From contig JBBEBL010000273.1 of NCBI GenBank assembly GCA_040882345.1, positions 1 to 47,242 on the forward strand: a DNA stretch of 47,242 nucleotides, given 5' to 3'. The translations under genes and the position numbers were made by a program. A model generated the notes under the pieces. That model did not search any database. It had not been told where the DNA came from and saw only the letters and a list, made by a program, of their open reading frames with translations. Shown one piece after another: positions 26,076 through 35,805 of this stretch; positions within the stretch are counted from its first letter, which is position 1, and every line of letters begins with the position of its first letter. Source of the DNA: Chloroflexota bacterium. Its GTDB lineage: Bacteria > Chloroflexota > Limnocylindria > Limnocylindrales > CSP1-4.

Positions 26076-26295
26076 TTCACCGGCGGTGAACCGCTCGGGG
26101 CCGCGTAGCGACACGCGTGCTGGGCGTCACCTGCGGTGAACGTTGACGGGCGGAAGGTCCGGTCTGCCCGGCGCAGGGCCACTTGGCGCGGCTGCTCGGC
26201 TCCCGGCGTTCGCCGGTGGTGAACGGGCAGCGCGGAGTGACCAGCGGACGGCCGTCACCGGCGCCTTCGACCTGCCGGCGTTCACCCCCGGTGAA
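26076..26295. repeat. Four dispersed copies of a 15-nt palindrome TTCACC-N3-GGTGAA in non-coding DNA
   Basis: Read directly: 26076..26090 ttcaccggcggtgaa; 26126..26140 gtcacctgcggtgaa; 26209..26223 ttcgccggtggtgaa; 26281..26295 ttcacccccggtgaa. The flanks are also similar (ggcg before, cg or gcgg after). Confidence 0.8.
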
Positions 26296-26396
26296 GCGGG
26301 GCCCATGAGGCGCCCGACTCCAACGGGCACATCGGCCCGTCCGGTCGTGACCGATGGCCCGGCGTTGCCTCGCCCCCGGCGTCGCATCCTCAGGGG

Positions 26397-26427
26397 GCAC
26401 GGCGTGGCCGCTCGGACCACGCCGTGC
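26397..26427 (+). promoter_or_regulatory. Strong stem-loop immediately upstream of the USP gene SD
   Basis: GCACGGCGTGG-ccgctcgga-CCACGCCGTGC, a perfect 11-bp stem. It ends 12 nt before GGAGG (26440..26444) and 23 nt before the ATG at 26451. Confidence 0.5.
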
Positions 26428-26450
26428 GCAACCCGGATCGGAGGCCCGTG

Positions 26451-27365
26451 ATGCGCATCGTGTTGGCTCTCGACGGATCAGACTGCGCCGAGACGGCGCG
26501 TGAACTGGTCGGGGACCTGTCATGGCCACCGGACACGGTCGTGGATGCCATCCGTGTGGTGGAGCCCGTGTACGACCTGTTCAGCATGCCGGGTGTCGTG
26601 TTCGATGGGCCCATCGAGGAGGTCCTGGGCCTCGACGAGGTGCGGCGCGCCCTTGAGGGCGAGGCCGCCCCATTGGCTCGTGACGGCCTGGCGGTCTCGA
26701 CCCACGTCGTCATCGGCCGGCCGGCGACCGCCATCATGGAGCGGGCGACGGAGGTCGACGCCGATCTCATCGTGATGGGAAGCCGAGGCCGCGGCGCGAT
26801 CGCGACCATGGTCCTGGGATCGACGTCCGCCGAGGTCGCCGCCCACGCCCCGTGCCCGGTCCTGGTCGCGCGGTCCGCGGGCATCCATCGGGTCCTCGTC
26901 GCCCTCGACGGCACGCCCGGCTCGGATCGCCTGGTGGAGTCCCTCGCGGCGACACCATTCCTGCGCGACACCCGGATGGAGGTCCTGTCCGTCGCGCCGT
27001 CATTCATCCCAGGTCCCGGGGTCATGCTGTCCGGCGGGTACGGCGTCCCGATCGCCTGGTACGAGGAGTCCGTGGCGGCCGCCAGGGCCGCGCTGGAGGA
27101 CGTGGCACGTGGCGCGGCCGAGCGCCTCGCCGCGGCGGGCCTCGACGCGACGTGGACTGTGAAGGATGGCGACGCGGCCGTGACGATCATCGACACGGCC
27201 ACGCATGGCGAGGCCGACCTCATCGTCGTCGGAACCCATGGACGGACCGGGCTGAGCCGACTCATGCTCGGCAGCGTCGCCCGCAACGTGCTGACCCACG
27301 CCCGCTCATCCGTGCTGGTGTACCGCCTGCCGGACGAGGAGGCTCACGGAGCCGACGCCGTCTGA
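26451..27365 (+). CDS. Tandem universal stress protein (two UspA domains)
   Basis: ORF 26424..27365 trimmed to the ATG at 26451 (GGAGG SD 6 nt upstream). Two repeats are visible: MRIVLALDGS...DLIVMGSRGRGAIATMVLGSTSAEVAAHAPCPVLV and HRVLVALDGT...DLIVVGTHGRTGLSRLMLGSVARNVLTHARSSVLV. Confidence 0.85.
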   Translation: MRIVLALDGSDCAETARELVGDLSWPPDTVVDAIRVVEPVYDLFSMPGVVFDGPIEEVLGLDEVRRALEGEAAPLARDGLAVSTHVVIGRPATAIMERATEVDADLIVMGSRGRGAIATMVLGSTSAEVAAHAPCPVLVARSAGIHRVLVALDGTPGSDRLVESLAATPFLRDTRMEVLSVAPSFIPGPGVMLSGGYGVPIAWYEESVAAARAALEDVARGAAERLAAAGLDATWTVKDGDAAVTIIDTATHGEADLIVVGTHGRTGLSRLMLGSVARNVLTHARSSVLVYRLPDEEAHGADAV

Positions 27366-27398
27366 TCAGCGGCGCGGCGACGGGGCGAGGGGTCGAAG

Positions 27399-28547
27399 TC
27401 AGCCGCCGATCAGCGCCAGGACCGCCCCCCGGATCTCGAGGTCCTCGCGCGCGGTCACGCGGATGACCGCGGGGTGCGCTCCCCTGGCGGACAGGACCCG
27501 ATCGTCGGGCCCTGCCAGATCGCGCGCCCGCGGGATCCCCACGACCCCCAGCCGCCGGACGATCGCACCGCGGACGGCGACGGCGTGCTCGCCGATCCCG
27601 CCGGTGAACACGACGGCGTCCAGTGCCGGCAGGCGCGTGGCGGCCCCGGCGATCGCCGCCGCCGCCCGATCGACGTACATCGCGATGGCCGTCCGCGCCC
27701 TGGCATCGCCCGCCCGCGCGCGGGCCTGAAGGACCACCATGTCCCCCGACCCGCCGACCCCCAGTAGCCCAGAGCGGTGGTGAAGGGCGTCGTCGAGCGC
27801 GTCGAGCGCAAGCCCATGGTCGCGGGCAAGGGTGATGAGGATGCCTGGGTCGATGGAGCCCGACCGGGTCGCCATCATCAGGCCCTCCAGCGGCGTGAAG
27901 CCCATCGACGTGTCGACCGACCGGCCGCCATCGACCGCGGTCACGGACGACCCCGCCCCGAGGTGCGCCACGACGAGACGTGCGCGTGATGGCGGCATCC
28001 CGAGCAGTCCGGCGGCAGCCCCGGTGGCCCACGCCACGGATAGGCCGTGGAACCCATAGCGCCGGATCCCGAGGCGCTCCGTCCAGTCGTCAGGCACCGG
28101 ATAGCGGCGACTGATCTCGGGCAGGCTGGCGTGGAACGCCGTATCGAAACAGGCGACCTGGGCCACCCCGGGCAGCGCCACTGACACGGCCTCGATGACG
28201 GCCAGCGAGGGCGGCACGTGCAGCGGGGCCAAGCTGACGACACTGCGCATCATGGCCAGGGTGCGATCATCGATGACGACCGGCCGGACGAGGTCCGGAC
28301 CGCCGTGGACGACCCGGTGCCCGATGCCCACGAGTCGTGCTGGGTCCACGCCGAGCCGCTCCAGGACCGCGGCGATGGTGCCGGGTGCCCGCTCGACCGG
28401 ATCGCCGCCCCACGTCGTCGTGACCGCCGCGATCGGCTCCGGGCCGTCAAGCGCGAGAAGGCTCCCCTTGAGCGTGCTGGAACCGGCATTGAGGACGAGG
28501 ACGAGATCCGCCGCGCGTCGCCGGGCGCTGGTCGCGCGGCGCGTCAC
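27399..28547 (-). CDS. ackA: Acetate kinase
   Basis: ORF 27399..28547, GTG start forming a GTGA overlap with the xfp stop. [23 protein letters not shown] and FHGLS motifs are present. Confidence 0.9.
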   Translation of the reverse strand: MTRRATSARRRAADLVLVLNAGSSTLKGSLLALDGPEPIAAVTTTWGGDPVERAPGTIAAVLERLGVDPARLVGIGHRVVHGGPDLVRPVVIDDRTLAMMRSVVSLAPLHVPPSLAVIEAVSVALPGVAQVACFDTAFHASLPEISRRYPVPDDWTERLGIRRYGFHGLSVAWATGAAAGLLGMPPSRARLVVAHLGAGSSVTAVDGGRSVDTSMGFTPLEGLMMATRSGSIDPGILITLARDHGLALDALDDALHHRSGLLGVGGSGDMVVLQARARAGDARARTAIAMYVDRAAAAIAGAATRLPALDAVVFTGGIGEHAVAVRGAIVRRLGVVGIPRARDLAGPDDRVLSARGAHPAVIRVTAREDLEIRGAVLALIGG

Positions 28548-30955
28548 CCGGGCCAGGTCCAGTCGCGGATCTCGGGGTCGTCCTCGCCGTACTCGCGGGT
28601 GTAGGCGCGCGCGGCGAGCCGGCGATCAGCCATCTCCTGGCGCACGTGCGCCGCGCGATCGGCCAGGCCCGGCACGCGGTCGATCACGTCCATGACGAGA
28701 TGGAATCGGTCCAGGTCGTTGAGCATGACCATGTCGAAGGGCGTGGTCGTCGTGCCCTCCTCCTTGTAGCCGCGGACGTGGAGGTTCTCGTGGTTCGTGT
28801 GGCGGTAGGCCAGCCGGTGGATGAGCCACGGGTACCCGTGGTACGCGAAGATGATCGGGCGGTCCGTCGTGAACATGGCGTCGAACTCCGCGCGCGCCAG
28901 GCCGTGCGGGTGCTCCTTCTCGTCCTGGAGGACCATGAGGTCCACGACGTTCACGACCCGTACCTTGAGGTCGGGCAGGCGCTGGCGCAGGATGTCCACG
29001 GCGGCCATCGTCTCCAGCGTCGGGATGTCGCCGGCGCAGGCCATGACCACGTCCGGTTCGCCGCCCTGGTCGTTGCTGGCCCATGACCAGATGCCGATGC
29101 CGCGGGTGCAGTGGGCGATGGCCTGGTCCATCGTCAGCCAGTCCAGGGCTGGCTGCTTGCCGGCGACGATGACGTTGACGTAGTTGCGGCTGCGCAGGCA
29201 GTGATCGCTGACGGACAGCAGCGTGTTGGTATCCGGCGGCAGGTAGACCCGGATGTGCTCGGCCTTCTTGTTGACCACGAGGTCGATGAAACCCGGATCC
29301 TGGTGGGTGGACCCGTTGTGGTCCTGGCGCCAGACGTGGCTGGACAGCACGTAGTTGAGCGAGGCGATCGGGCGGCGCCACGGGATCTCCGATGTCGACT
29401 TCAGCCACTTGGCGTGCTGGTTGAACATCGAGTCGACGATGTGGATGAACGCCTCGTAGCAGTTGAACAGCCCGTGGCGACCGGTCAGCAGGTAGCCCTC
29501 CAGCCAGCCCTGGCAGAGATGCTCCGACAGGACCTCCATGACCCGCCCGTCCGGGGCGAGATGGTCGTCGCCCGGGATGATCTCCGCCATCCACGTCCGA
29601 TCGGTCGCCTCGAACACGGCCTGGAGCCGGTTGGACGCGGTCTCGTCCGGACCCATGACCCGGAACGTCGCCGGGTTGAGGCGGATCACGTCGCGGAGCA
29701 TCTCCCCGAGCTTGCGCGTCGCCTCGCTGAAGGTCGTGCCGGGTGCCGGGACAGCCACCGCGTAGTCGCGGAAGTCGGGCATGCGGAGGTCACGCAGGAG
29801 CGCGCCCCCGTTGGCCACCGGGTTGGCGCTCATGCGGCGCACACCCTTCGGGGCCAGCATGGCGAGCTCCGGGATGAGCGCGCCACCAGCGTCGAACAGC
29901 TCCTCCGGTCGGTAGCTCCGCATCCAGGACTCGAGGATGGCGAGGTTGTCCGCGCTTCCGCGCACGTCGCTCATCGGGACCTGGTGCGACCGCCACGTCC
30001 CTTCGTTGGGAAGGCCTCCGATCTCCTTGGGGCCCGTCCAGCCCTTCGGCGTGCGGAGGATGATCATGGGCCAGTGCGGTCGCTGCCCGTCCCAGTCCGC
30101 GCCACGTGCGGAGCGCTGGATGGCGGCGATGTCGTCGAGCGCACGGTCCATGACGGCGGCGAGCTCGCGATGGACGGTCATCGGATCGTCGCCGGCGACC
30201 TCGTACACGGTGTGGCCGTAGCCCTCCATCAGGGAGTGGAGTTCCGTGTCCGGGATCCGGGCGAGGACCGTGGGGTTCGCGATCTTGTAGCCGTTGAGAT
30301 GCAGGATCGGCAACACCGCGCCGTCTCGACGCGGATCCAGGAACTTGTTGGAGTGCCATGACGCGGCGAGCGGACCGGTCTCCGCCTCGCCATCGCCAAC
30401 GACGCACGCGACGAGCAGATCCGGGGAATCGAAGGCCGCGCCGTACGCGTGGGCCAACGAGTAGCCGAGCTCGCCGCCTTCGTGGATGGATCCCGGCGTC
30501 TCGGGGGCGACGTGGCTGGGGATACCGCCCGGGAAGCTGAACTGACGGAAGAGGCGGCGCATCCCGTCCAGGTCCTGGCTGATGCTGGGGTAGACCTCGC
30601 TGTACGTGCCCTCCAGGTACGCGTTCGCCACGAGACCCGGCCCGCCGTGTCCGGGGCCGGTGATGTAGATCGCGGACAGGTCCCGCTCGCGGATGCAGCG
30701 GTTGAGATGGACGTAGACGAGGTTCAGCCCGGGCGTGGTCCCCCAGTGGCCCAGCAGACGCGGCTTTGTATGCTCCGCCATGAGCGGCTCTTGGAGGAGT
30801 GGATTGGCCAGCAGGTAGATCTGGCCGACGGACAGGTAGTTCGCCGCTCGCCAGTAGGCGTCCATGCGCTCCAGCAGGTCGTCCGCGACCGGAGAGGGAT
30901 CGGTCGGTGCCGGCACGGCGGAGGTGGTCGGCTGGTCGGTGGGGATGGAGGTCAT
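28544..30955 (-). CDS. xfp: Xylulose-5-phosphate/fructose-6-phosphate phosphoketolase (ThDP-dependent)
   Basis: ORF 28544..30955, 803 aa. [22 protein letters not shown]...[15 protein letters not shown]...GPGHGGPG...[15 protein letters not shown] are hallmark phosphoketolase segments. AGGAG SD upstream. Confidence 0.92.
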   Translation of the reverse strand: MTSIPTDQPTTSAVPAPTDPSPVADDLLERMDAYWRAANYLSVGQIYLLANPLLQEPLMAEHTKPRLLGHWGTTPGLNLVYVHLNRCIRERDLSAIYITGPGHGGPGLVANAYLEGTYSEVYPSISQDLDGMRRLFRQFSFPGGIPSHVAPETPGSIHEGGELGYSLAHAYGAAFDSPDLLVACVVGDGEAETGPLAASWHSNKFLDPRRDGAVLPILHLNGYKIANPTVLARIPDTELHSLMEGYGHTVYEVAGDDPMTVHRELAAVMDRALDDIAAIQRSARGADWDGQRPHWPMIILRTPKGWTGPKEIGGLPNEGTWRSHQVPMSDVRGSADNLAILESWMRSYRPEELFDAGGALIPELAMLAPKGVRRMSANPVANGGALLRDLRMPDFRDYAVAVPAPGTTFSEATRKLGEMLRDVIRLNPATFRVMGPDETASNRLQAVFEATDRTWMAEIIPGDDHLAPDGRVMEVLSEHLCQGWLEGYLLTGRHGLFNCYEAFIHIVDSMFNQHAKWLKSTSEIPWRRPIASLNYVLSSHVWRQDHNGSTHQDPGFIDLVVNKKAEHIRVYLPPDTNTLLSVSDHCLRSRNYVNVIVAGKQPALDWLTMDQAIAHCTRGIGIWSWASNDQGGEPDVVMACAGDIPTLETMAAVDILRQRLPDLKVRVVNVVDLMVLQDEKEHPHGLARAEFDAMFTTDRPIIFAYHGYPWLIHRLAYRHTNHENLHVRGYKEEGTTTTPFDMVMLNDLDRFHLVMDVIDRVPGLADRAAHVRQEMADRRLAARAYTREYGEDDPEIRDWTWPG

Positions 30956-30990
30956 GCGTCCGCTCCTGTGGTTCGGGGTCCGGTGAAGGG

Positions 30991-32274
30991 TCAGTCGTAG
31001 CCGAGGGCTCTGGCCTCCGCCTTGAGGTGGTCGCGGTGATCCGGATGGGCGATGCCGATGAGGGCCGCGGCCCGCTCCCGCAGGCTTCGACCGAAGAGCT
31101 CGGCCACGCCGAACTCTGTGACGATCGTCCTTGCGTGGGCCCGCGTCGTGACGACACCCGCCCCGGGCTTGAGGGTGTCCACGATCCGCGACGTGCCTCC
31201 GCCACCGGCGGTGGAAGGCAGCGCGATGATCGCCCGCCCTTCACTGGCCAGCGCCGCGCCCCGGATGAAATCCATCTGGCCACCGACGCCGCTGTACACC
31301 CGCTGGCCGATCGAGTCGGCCACGACCTGGCCGGTCAGATCCACCTCGATGGCGGAGTTGACGGCGGTCATCCGGCTGAACGAGCGGATGACGTGGGTGT
31401 CGTTCGTGAAGTCAACGGGCCGCATCTCGATCATGGGGTTGTCACGCACGAAGTCATACAGCCGCTGGCTGCCCATCATGAAGGCGGTGACCACCTTGCC
31501 CCGGTTGCGCTCCTTGCGGGCGCCCGTGATGACGCCCGCCTCCACGAGGTCCACCACGCTGTCCGTGAACATCTCGGTATGGATGCCGAGATCACGATGG
31601 TCGTACAGCGCGAGCGCGGTGGCCGCCGGGATGGCACCGATCCCCAGTTGCAGGGTGGCGCCGTCCGGGACGAGTTCCGCGACGTACCGGCCGATCTGGC
31701 GCTCCGTGTCGCTGATCGCCCCGACCGGGCGCGCATACGGCGGGACCGCCACCTCGACCGCAAGGTCGATGTCGTCCACGTGGATGAAGCTGTCACCCAG
31801 CGTCCGCGGCATCTCCCCGTTGAGTTGCGCGATCACGGTGTTCGCGGCGCGCATCGCCGCGTGCATCGCCTCCACGGAGACGCCCAGCGAGCAGAACCCG
31901 TGAGCGTCGGGCGGAGTCACGTTGATGAGCACGGCATCCAGCGGCACGCTGCCGGTCTCGAACAGGCGTGGGACATCGGACAGGAAGACCGGGACGTAGT
32001 CGGCCCGGCCGTCGTTGACGGCCGCCCTGGCGTTGGGGCCCACGAACAGCGCCCGATGTCGGAAGTGCGGGGCCATCTCCGGCGCGAGATGCGGCCCGGA
32101 CCCCTCCGTGTGGAGGTGGACCATGCCGACGTCGCGCAGGTCGTCCTCGACTGCGTGGGCCACCAGGGCGTCCAGCAGGACGGATGGGGCCGCGGCCGCG
32201 CAATGGACGTAGACCTGGTCTCCCGACTGGATACCGGCCACCGCCTCCTGGGGCGAAACGATCCGCATGTCCAC
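30991..32274 (-). CDS. Acetyl-CoA hydrolase/transferase family protein (4-hydroxybutyrate / acetate CoA-transferase-like)
   Basis: ORF 30991..32274, 427 aa, with a GTG at 32274 and an ATG two codons later. The overall pattern ([11 protein letters not shown]......AP..L..AL... [11 protein letters not shown] ... GIGAIP ... GSQRLYDF ... SGVGGQMDF) fits the Cat1/AbfT-type CoA-transferase family. Confidence 0.8.
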   Translation of the reverse strand: MDMRIVSPQEAVAGIQSGDQVYVHCAAAAPSVLLDALVAHAVEDDLRDVGMVHLHTEGSGPHLAPEMAPHFRHRALFVGPNARAAVNDGRADYVPVFLSDVPRLFETGSVPLDAVLINVTPPDAHGFCSLGVSVEAMHAAMRAANTVIAQLNGEMPRTLGDSFIHVDDIDLAVEVAVPPYARPVGAISDTERQIGRYVAELVPDGATLQLGIGAIPAATALALYDHRDLGIHTEMFTDSVVDLVEAGVITGARKERNRGKVVTAFMMGSQRLYDFVRDNPMIEMRPVDFTNDTHVIRSFSRMTAVNSAIEVDLTGQVVADSIGQRVYSGVGGQMDFIRGAALASEGRAIIALPSTAGGGGTSRIVDTLKPGAGVVTTRAHARTIVTEFGVAELFGRSLRERAAALIGIAHPDHRDHLKAEARALGYD

Positions 32275-32369
32275 GATGATGACGGGTCGGGCCCTTGGGC
32301 GTGCTCGGCCGATGGGCCCCGTTCGGCCGGGCCGACCGGCCCCTTGCGACTCGGGACGCTACGGGGCGC

Positions 32370-33224
32370 CTACCCGCTGAGCAGTCGCTCGCGGACGAGA
32401 TCGTGGAGGTGCCCGTTCGTGGCGACGAAACTCCCGGTGTCGATGGCGCGCCGGCCCTCCAGGTCCGTGGCCCGCCCGCCCGCCTCCTCGATGAGCACGA
32501 ACGGCGCGGCGGCATCCCATGGCTTGAGGCCGACCTCCACCATGGCCTCCGCCGCGCCCTCAGCGAGGAGCGTGTAGCCCCAGAAGTCGCCGAATCCGCG
32601 CTCGCGCCACGCGTCCGTCAGGAGACGCTCGAAGCCCGGCGCTCGACCGGATGCCACGATCTCCCGGCCGCCGCCGTACAGCACCTGGGCGTCGGCGAGA
32701 TCGTGGATGGCGCTCACGTGGATGCGCCGAGCGCTGGTCTGTCCGCGGTTCCTGGCCCACGCCCCGCCGCCCCGGTGCGCCCACCAGCGCTCGTCCAGGG
32801 CGGGAGCGGACAGGACGGCCGCCTGTAGCTCGCCGTCGCGCTCCACGGCCAGCAGCGTCCCGAACAGCGGGATCCCGCGCATGAAGTTGTGGGTCCCGTC
32901 GATGGGGTCGATATACCAGCGGACCGAGGCGCCGCCGGCTTCCGTGCCGTACTCCTCCCCGACCAGGCCATGATCCGGGAACGCGGCGAGCAGGCGCTCG
33001 CGGATGCGCAGCTCGATCTGCGTATCCGCCTGGGTCACGAACGTGCGGTCCGGTTTCGTGTCGATCACGAGGTCGCGCCGGAAGTGGGACCGGGCGATGG
33101 CGTCCGCCTCGTCGCAGGCCGCCGTGGCGACCTCCAGCCAGCCGCGCAGCTCCGCGTCCGTACCTCGTCGCAGGCCGGCGGACCAGTCCGGCCCGAAGCC
33201 GCGGGTGGACACGATCCCGCTCAC
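32370..33224 (-). CDS. Inositol-monophosphatase-fold phosphatase (IMPase / HisN-like)
   Basis: ORF 32370..33911 trimmed to the GTG at 33224, which forms a GTGA overlap with the upstream stop. GEEYG, WYIDPIDGTHNF and KPWDAAAP motifs are present. Confidence 0.8.
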   Translation of the reverse strand: MSGIVSTRGFGPDWSAGLRRGTDAELRGWLEVATAACDEADAIARSHFRRDLVIDTKPDRTFVTQADTQIELRIRERLLAAFPDHGLVGEEYGTEAGGASVRWYIDPIDGTHNFMRGIPLFGTLLAVERDGELQAAVLSAPALDERWWAHRGGGAWARNRGQTSARRIHVSAIHDLADAQVLYGGGREIVASGRAPGFERLLTDAWRERGFGDFWGYTLLAEGAAEAMVEVGLKPWDAAAPFVLIEEAGGRATDLEGRRAIDTGSFVATNGHLHDLVRERLLSG

Positions 33225-35710
33225 GACCGGATACGGGCGTTCGTGGGGTCGTAGACCGGGTCGCGCACGACCTCGAAGCCCACCCACTCGCCGAACAGGT
33301 CCACCTCGCCGCGCGTCCCGATGGCGGCCTGGTCCGCCGGGAGGTAGGCGAACGCGAGCGAGCGCTCCACCGCGAAGCCATAGCCGCCGCTGGTCACGCG
33401 CCCGACGACCCGCCCATCCACGCGAACCGGCTCGTTGCCCAGACAGACCGCGCGCGGGTCGTCCAGGACGAGGCAACGCAGGCGCTTCCCGGGACCCGCG
33501 GCACGTGCCGCGACCAGCGCCTCGCGGGCCAGGAAGTCGGCGTCCTTGTCCAGGGCGACCGCGAACCCGAGCCCCGCCTCGTACGGCGTCTCGTCCGGCG
33601 TGATGTCGCTGGACCAGACCCGATAGCCCTTCTCGAGGCGCAGCGCATCGATGGCGCGGTAGCCGGCGGCGACGAGACCGTGTTCGCGGCCCGCGTTCCA
33701 GATCGTCGTCCAGAGCGTGCGCCCGTACTCGGTGGGCGCGTACAGCTCCCAGCCCAGCTCCCCGACGTAGGTGACCCGCAGGGCCAGCAGCGGCACGCTT
33801 CCGACGGTGATCTCGCGCGCGGTGAGGTACGGGAAGCCCGCGTCGCTCACGTCGTCGCGCGTGACGGAGGCCAGGATGTCGCGAGCTGCCGGCCCCCACA
33901 GCCCGTAGCACACGCGTGAGGAGGTGACATCCCGGATCTCCACGGTCCCATCGTCCGGCAGGTGGCGGCGCAGCCAGGCGGCGTCATGATTGCCGTAGGC
34001 CGTGCCGGTCACGAGCATGAACCGGTCCGCCGCCAGGCGAGTGACGGTCAGGTCCGCCTGGATCCCGCCACGCCGGTCCAGCAGCTGCGTGTAGACGATG
34101 GACCCGACGGGCCGGTCAACGTCGTTGCCGGCCACGTGCTGGAGGAACGCCAGGGCCCCGCCTCCGGTGACCTCCAGCTTGGCGAACGAGGTCTCGTCGA
34201 ACAGCCCGGCGGCCTGCCGGGTGGCGAGCGCCTCGGCCGCGATGGCCGGCGACCAGTGCTCGCCCGCCCAGCCGCGTGGACGGAACGCCTCCAGCGCGTC
34301 CCGTCCACCGAAGCGCGGATCATCGGCGTTCGGTTCGAACCAGTTGGGGCGCTCCCAGCCGGACTTCTCGCCGAAGACCGCTCCAAGACGAGCGAGATCG
34401 TCGTAGGCCGGCGCCATACGCAGGGGCCGGCCGGACTGGCGCTCCTCGTTGGGGTAGTGGATGTCGTAGTAGGTCGCGTAGTTCTCCGTGCAGCGCGCCA
34501 GCGTGTAGCCGGGCGAGCGGTAGGCCGGCCCGAATCGCCGGATGTCCATCTTCCAGAGGTCAAGTTCCGGTTCGCCGTCCACGATCCAGCTGGCCACCTG
34601 CCGACCGATCCCGCCCGCACCGGCGATGCCATGCGCGGAGAATCCGGCCGCGACCCAGAAGCCGCGCACGTCCGATTCACCCAGGATGAACTCGTTGTCC
34701 GGGGTGAATGCCTCCGGGCCGTTGATCATCCGGCTCACGCCCGCCTCGGCGATGGCCGGGACGCGCCGGACGGCGCCCTCCATGATCCCCTCGAATCGGG
34801 GCCAGTCGGGCGCCAGCAGCTTGCCGTTGAAGTCGGACGGGATACCGTCCAGGCCCCACGGCGCCGGATGGCGCTCGTAGCCGCCCATGCACAGCCCGCC
34901 GACCTCCTCGCGAACGTAGAAGAGGTTGTCCGGATCGCGCAGCTGCGGGAGTCGCGGGTGGACGCCATCGATGGCTTCCGTGAACAGGTACTCGTGGGCC
35001 ATCGGGACGAGCGGCACGTTCACGCCGACCATCGCGGCGATCTCGCGGGCGAACATCCCACCGGCGTTCACGACGACGTCGGTCGCGATCTCGGACCGTC
35101 CGCCCTTGTGCTCCACGGTGACACCGGTGACGCGCGGCACGCGCCCGGTCTCAACGGCGATCCCGACGACACGGGTGTGGGTACGCACGGACACGCCGCG
35201 CTGGCGGGCGCCGGCGGCCAGCGACTGGGCCAGGCCCGACGGGTCCAGCCAGCCGTCCGTCGGCAGGTAGACGGCGCCCAGGACACCGTCCGTGGACATG
35301 AGCGGGAAGAGCGCCGCCGCCTCGTCCGCGGTGATGAGGTCCATGGGCAGCCCGAATGTCCGTGCCCAGCCGGCCTGGCGGCGCAGCTCCTCCATGCGCG
35401 CCGGCGTGGACGCCAGGCGCAGGCTGCCGACCTCGTGCCATGACGGGTCCGTTCCCGTCGCCGCAGCCAGACCCCGGTACAGCTGCGCGCTGTACATCAT
35501 CATCTTCGTGAGCGTGACCGAGCCGCGCAGCTGACCGACCATCCCCGCCGAGTGGAAGGTGGACCCGCTCGTGAGTTCGGCCCGGTCCACGAGCACGATA
35601 TCCGTCCAGCCGCGCTCCGCGAGGTGGTACGCGATGGACGTGCCGCCGACACCGCCGCCGATGATCACCGCCCGGGCCTGCTCCATCGCGCTCGTCGCTC
35701 CTCGCTGCAT
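33221..35710 (-). CDS. FAD-dependent oxidoreductase fused to GcvT-type folate-binding domain (dimethylglycine/sarcosine dehydrogenase family), paralog 1
   Basis: ORF 33221..35710, 829 aa. The N-terminal Rossmann motif is AVIIGGGVGGTSIAYHL. STFHSAG matches the covalent-FAD His context of DMGDH/SarDH. The C-terminal half is aminomethyltransferase-like (LRLEKGY, VTSGGYG). Confidence 0.85.
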   Translation of the reverse strand: MQRGATSAMEQARAVIIGGGVGGTSIAYHLAERGWTDIVLVDRAELTSGSTFHSAGMVGQLRGSVTLTKMMMYSAQLYRGLAAATGTDPSWHEVGSLRLASTPARMEELRRQAGWARTFGLPMDLITADEAAALFPLMSTDGVLGAVYLPTDGWLDPSGLAQSLAAGARQRGVSVRTHTRVVGIAVETGRVPRVTGVTVEHKGGRSEIATDVVVNAGGMFAREIAAMVGVNVPLVPMAHEYLFTEAIDGVHPRLPQLRDPDNLFYVREEVGGLCMGGYERHPAPWGLDGIPSDFNGKLLAPDWPRFEGIMEGAVRRVPAIAEAGVSRMINGPEAFTPDNEFILGESDVRGFWVAAGFSAHGIAGAGGIGRQVASWIVDGEPELDLWKMDIRRFGPAYRSPGYTLARCTENYATYYDIHYPNEERQSGRPLRMAPAYDDLARLGAVFGEKSGWERPNWFEPNADDPRFGGRDALEAFRPRGWAGEHWSPAIAAEALATRQAAGLFDETSFAKLEVTGGGALAFLQHVAGNDVDRPVGSIVYTQLLDRRGGIQADLTVTRLAADRFMLVTGTAYGNHDAAWLRRHLPDDGTVEIRDVTSSRVCYGLWGPAARDILASVTRDDVSDAGFPYLTAREITVGSVPLLALRVTYVGELGWELYAPTEYGRTLWTTIWNAGREHGLVAAGYRAIDALRLEKGYRVWSSDITPDETPYEAGLGFAVALDKDADFLAREALVAARAAGPGKRLRCLVLDDPRAVCLGNEPVRVDGRVVGRVTSGGYGFAVERSLAFAYLPADQAAIGTRGEVDLFGEWVGFEVVRDPVYDPTNARIRS

Positions 35711-35729
35711 TCGTCGCCTCGTCGTGCGT

Positions 35730-35799
35730 CAGCCTAGCGGTTGCGAGGTAGCGCCCGTGGCCGGTTCCGAGGCTCGCTCCGCGGATCACGGCTAGGCTG
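35730..35799. promoter_or_regulatory. Divergent promoter region with two opposed TAGGCT -10-like boxes
   Basis: cagcctagc (35730..35738) and gctaggctg (35791..35799) form a 9-bp inverted repeat. Each arm contains TAGGCT reading toward its own gene: 7 nt before the ATG at 35806, and 20 nt before the ATG at 35710. Confidence 0.4.
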
Positions 35800-35805
35800 C
35801 CACGG

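Noticed and set aside
26076-26295. Possible mini CRISPR array.
   Set aside because: The units are only 15 nt. Spacing is irregular (50, 83 and 72 nt). The repeats are palindromic with variable centres, and there are no cas genes in the window.
26143-26451. TTG-initiated 102-aa ORF inside the palindrome region. Its TGA overlaps the USP ATG.
   Set aside because: The product is low-complexity and disordered (Pro/Gly/Ala/Arg-rich). Its only repeated peptide (PAF-x-x-GE) is a by-product of two in-frame palindrome copies, while the other two copies are out of frame. There is no SD. By rough eye count its GC3 is not clearly different from real genes, so a small leader peptide cannot be fully excluded.
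35711-35805. Glycine riboswitch or palindromic operator upstream of the GcvT-domain genes (also 43039..43117).
   Set aside because: The spacers (95 and 79 bp) are too short for a glycine aptamer, and I see no conserved aptamer core. The 9-bp inverted repeat at 35730/35791 is most simply two opposed TAGGCT -10 boxes.
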